From assembly GCA_963924565.1 (NCBI GenBank), contig OZ004609.1, forward strand, positions 7,626,001 through 7,690,000: a stretch of 64,000 bases of DNA, read 5' to 3'. Positions within the stretch are counted from its first letter, which is position 1. Every line of letters starts with the position of its first letter. The stretch is from Ascidiella aspersa. Taxonomy: Eukaryota. The notes beneath the pieces were generated by a model. The model made no database searches. It saw nothing but the letters and a program-made list of their open reading frames with translations, and was not told the origin of the DNA. A program made the position numbers and the translations under genes. Positions 63,001 through 64,000 of this stretch are shown here, piece after piece.

Positions 63001-63739
63001 GAAATAGAATTTTATCCCCAATCGCCAATTTTATCACAAGTACTATATTTGGAACGATTTTTTTTTCGTTAGATATAACTTTGTTTTATATTGCTGAAAC
63101 AAGATCAAAATATATTGTTTACGTCTTGGCAGAAATAAAAAAATCTTTCCGCATCGATGTAGGAAAATTAATGACGATGAAGAGTTTATTTTATATCGTG
63201 TTTTTTTTTCTATTTATGTATTTTGTCGTTGGCAGTTTTGGTTGATATTGTTACAATGTTAAATGGTAGACAATACTGTGCATATAGCGCTTGTCTATCA
63301 ACGCGCTTTTGATGTAGTTTGTTATTTTTATGTCATTTTATAGCTGTTTGCGCCTTAACCAAAAATAAAAAATAATTGGGTTTCAATATAGAACAAATTT
63401 CGTGCTATGTCAGTATAAGTAGGGATTAAAAAGTTTGTATTATTAATTTAAGTTTCAACGCGCAGTAGCGAGTCACTATTAATTAATTATTAGAATGGTA
63501 TCGTTGTTGTGCTGTATTCACAAGAAAGCAAATTATTCCGTTGGCTTTATTGGTACGATTCTCTATTGTGTAGTCATGTCATATATCCTGCGATAAACTT
63601 CTTGGCAGTTCACTTTTCGAAAACATATCATCGCCCTAATCATGCACCAAATATTAAAAGGTTGTACTTTTACTCCAGCATTTGGCTAACTAAAAGTTAT
63701 TGATTTATTTTCAACTAGCAATTACCTAGCAATGGGCAT

Positions 63740-63985
63740 TTAAATTGGGTAAAAAACCCAAAAAAATTTGGTATCCTTGTGGGGCAACCCAAATTTTTTT
63801 AGGTTGTTTATGCTGTTTTACCCCACTAGTTTACCCAACAATTATGGGGTAAATGTCTAATTTACCTAATTTTTACTGAAATTTTGTTGGGTTAAATTCT
63901 GTTTTACCCAATAATTATTGGGTAAATGCCAAAATTACCCAAGTTGTACTGTTTCTTAATTTGGGTACACTATACCCAACAAACA
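63740..63985. repeat. Palindromic TTGGGTA/TACCCAA motif cluster, probably a MITE
   Basis: Many alternating ttgggt / acccaa motifs. The termini and TSD are not resolved. Confidence 0.4.
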
Positions 63986-64000
63986 TGCATATTTCAAAAC

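Larger units (their letters stand above)
54305..63044. repeat. Tandem segmental amplification with a 3768/3767-bp unit
   Basis: Full copies at 55510-59277 and 59278-63044 are nearly identical (ORFs repeat at +3768). A first copy at 54305-55509 lacks ~2.56 kb of the middle. Confidence 0.95.

Noticed and set aside
55139-63245. Repeated short ORFs in the 3.77-kb units
   Set aside because: No domain motifs; their identity simply reflects the recent DNA duplication.

Overview
AT-rich, intron-containing animal genomic DNA, probably from a marine invertebrate; the taxon cannot be fixed from the sequence alone. I reconstructed three spliced genes by hand from splice sites and reading phase. (1) The 3' end of a fibrinogen-related-domain (FReD) gene with an in-frame TGA (321-1691, +), plus an inverted orphan exon at ~4127-4207. 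(2) An intact-looking 10-exon adhesion GPCR with C-type-lectin-like, GAIN/GPS and 7TM regions (27175-34254, +, ~785 aa). (3) The most interesting item: an 18-exon atlastin-type GTPase (49133 to 36398/35386, -). Its single atlastin three-helix bundle is expanded to six tandem copies, each encoded by a phase-0 exon pair of 72 bp plus ~195 bp. It has no transmembrane hairpin and two paralogous alternative last exons, one ending in a putative amphipathic tail and one in a CaaX box (CVII), so it is an atlastin head on a GBP-like body. Bases 4.6-25.5 kb are a nested transposon pile: a complete long-TIR P-element/THAP9-like transposon with 8-bp TSD, a second partial copy, two hAT elements, Harbinger remnants, a LINE fragment, a retroposon with an internal tRNA-like cassette, MITEs and a ~79-bp minisatellite. 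Bases 54.3-63.0 kb are a very recent 3.77-kb tandem amplification carrying Penelope-type hammerhead-ribozyme motifs. All gene models and family assignments come from manual motif recognition; no database searches were run.
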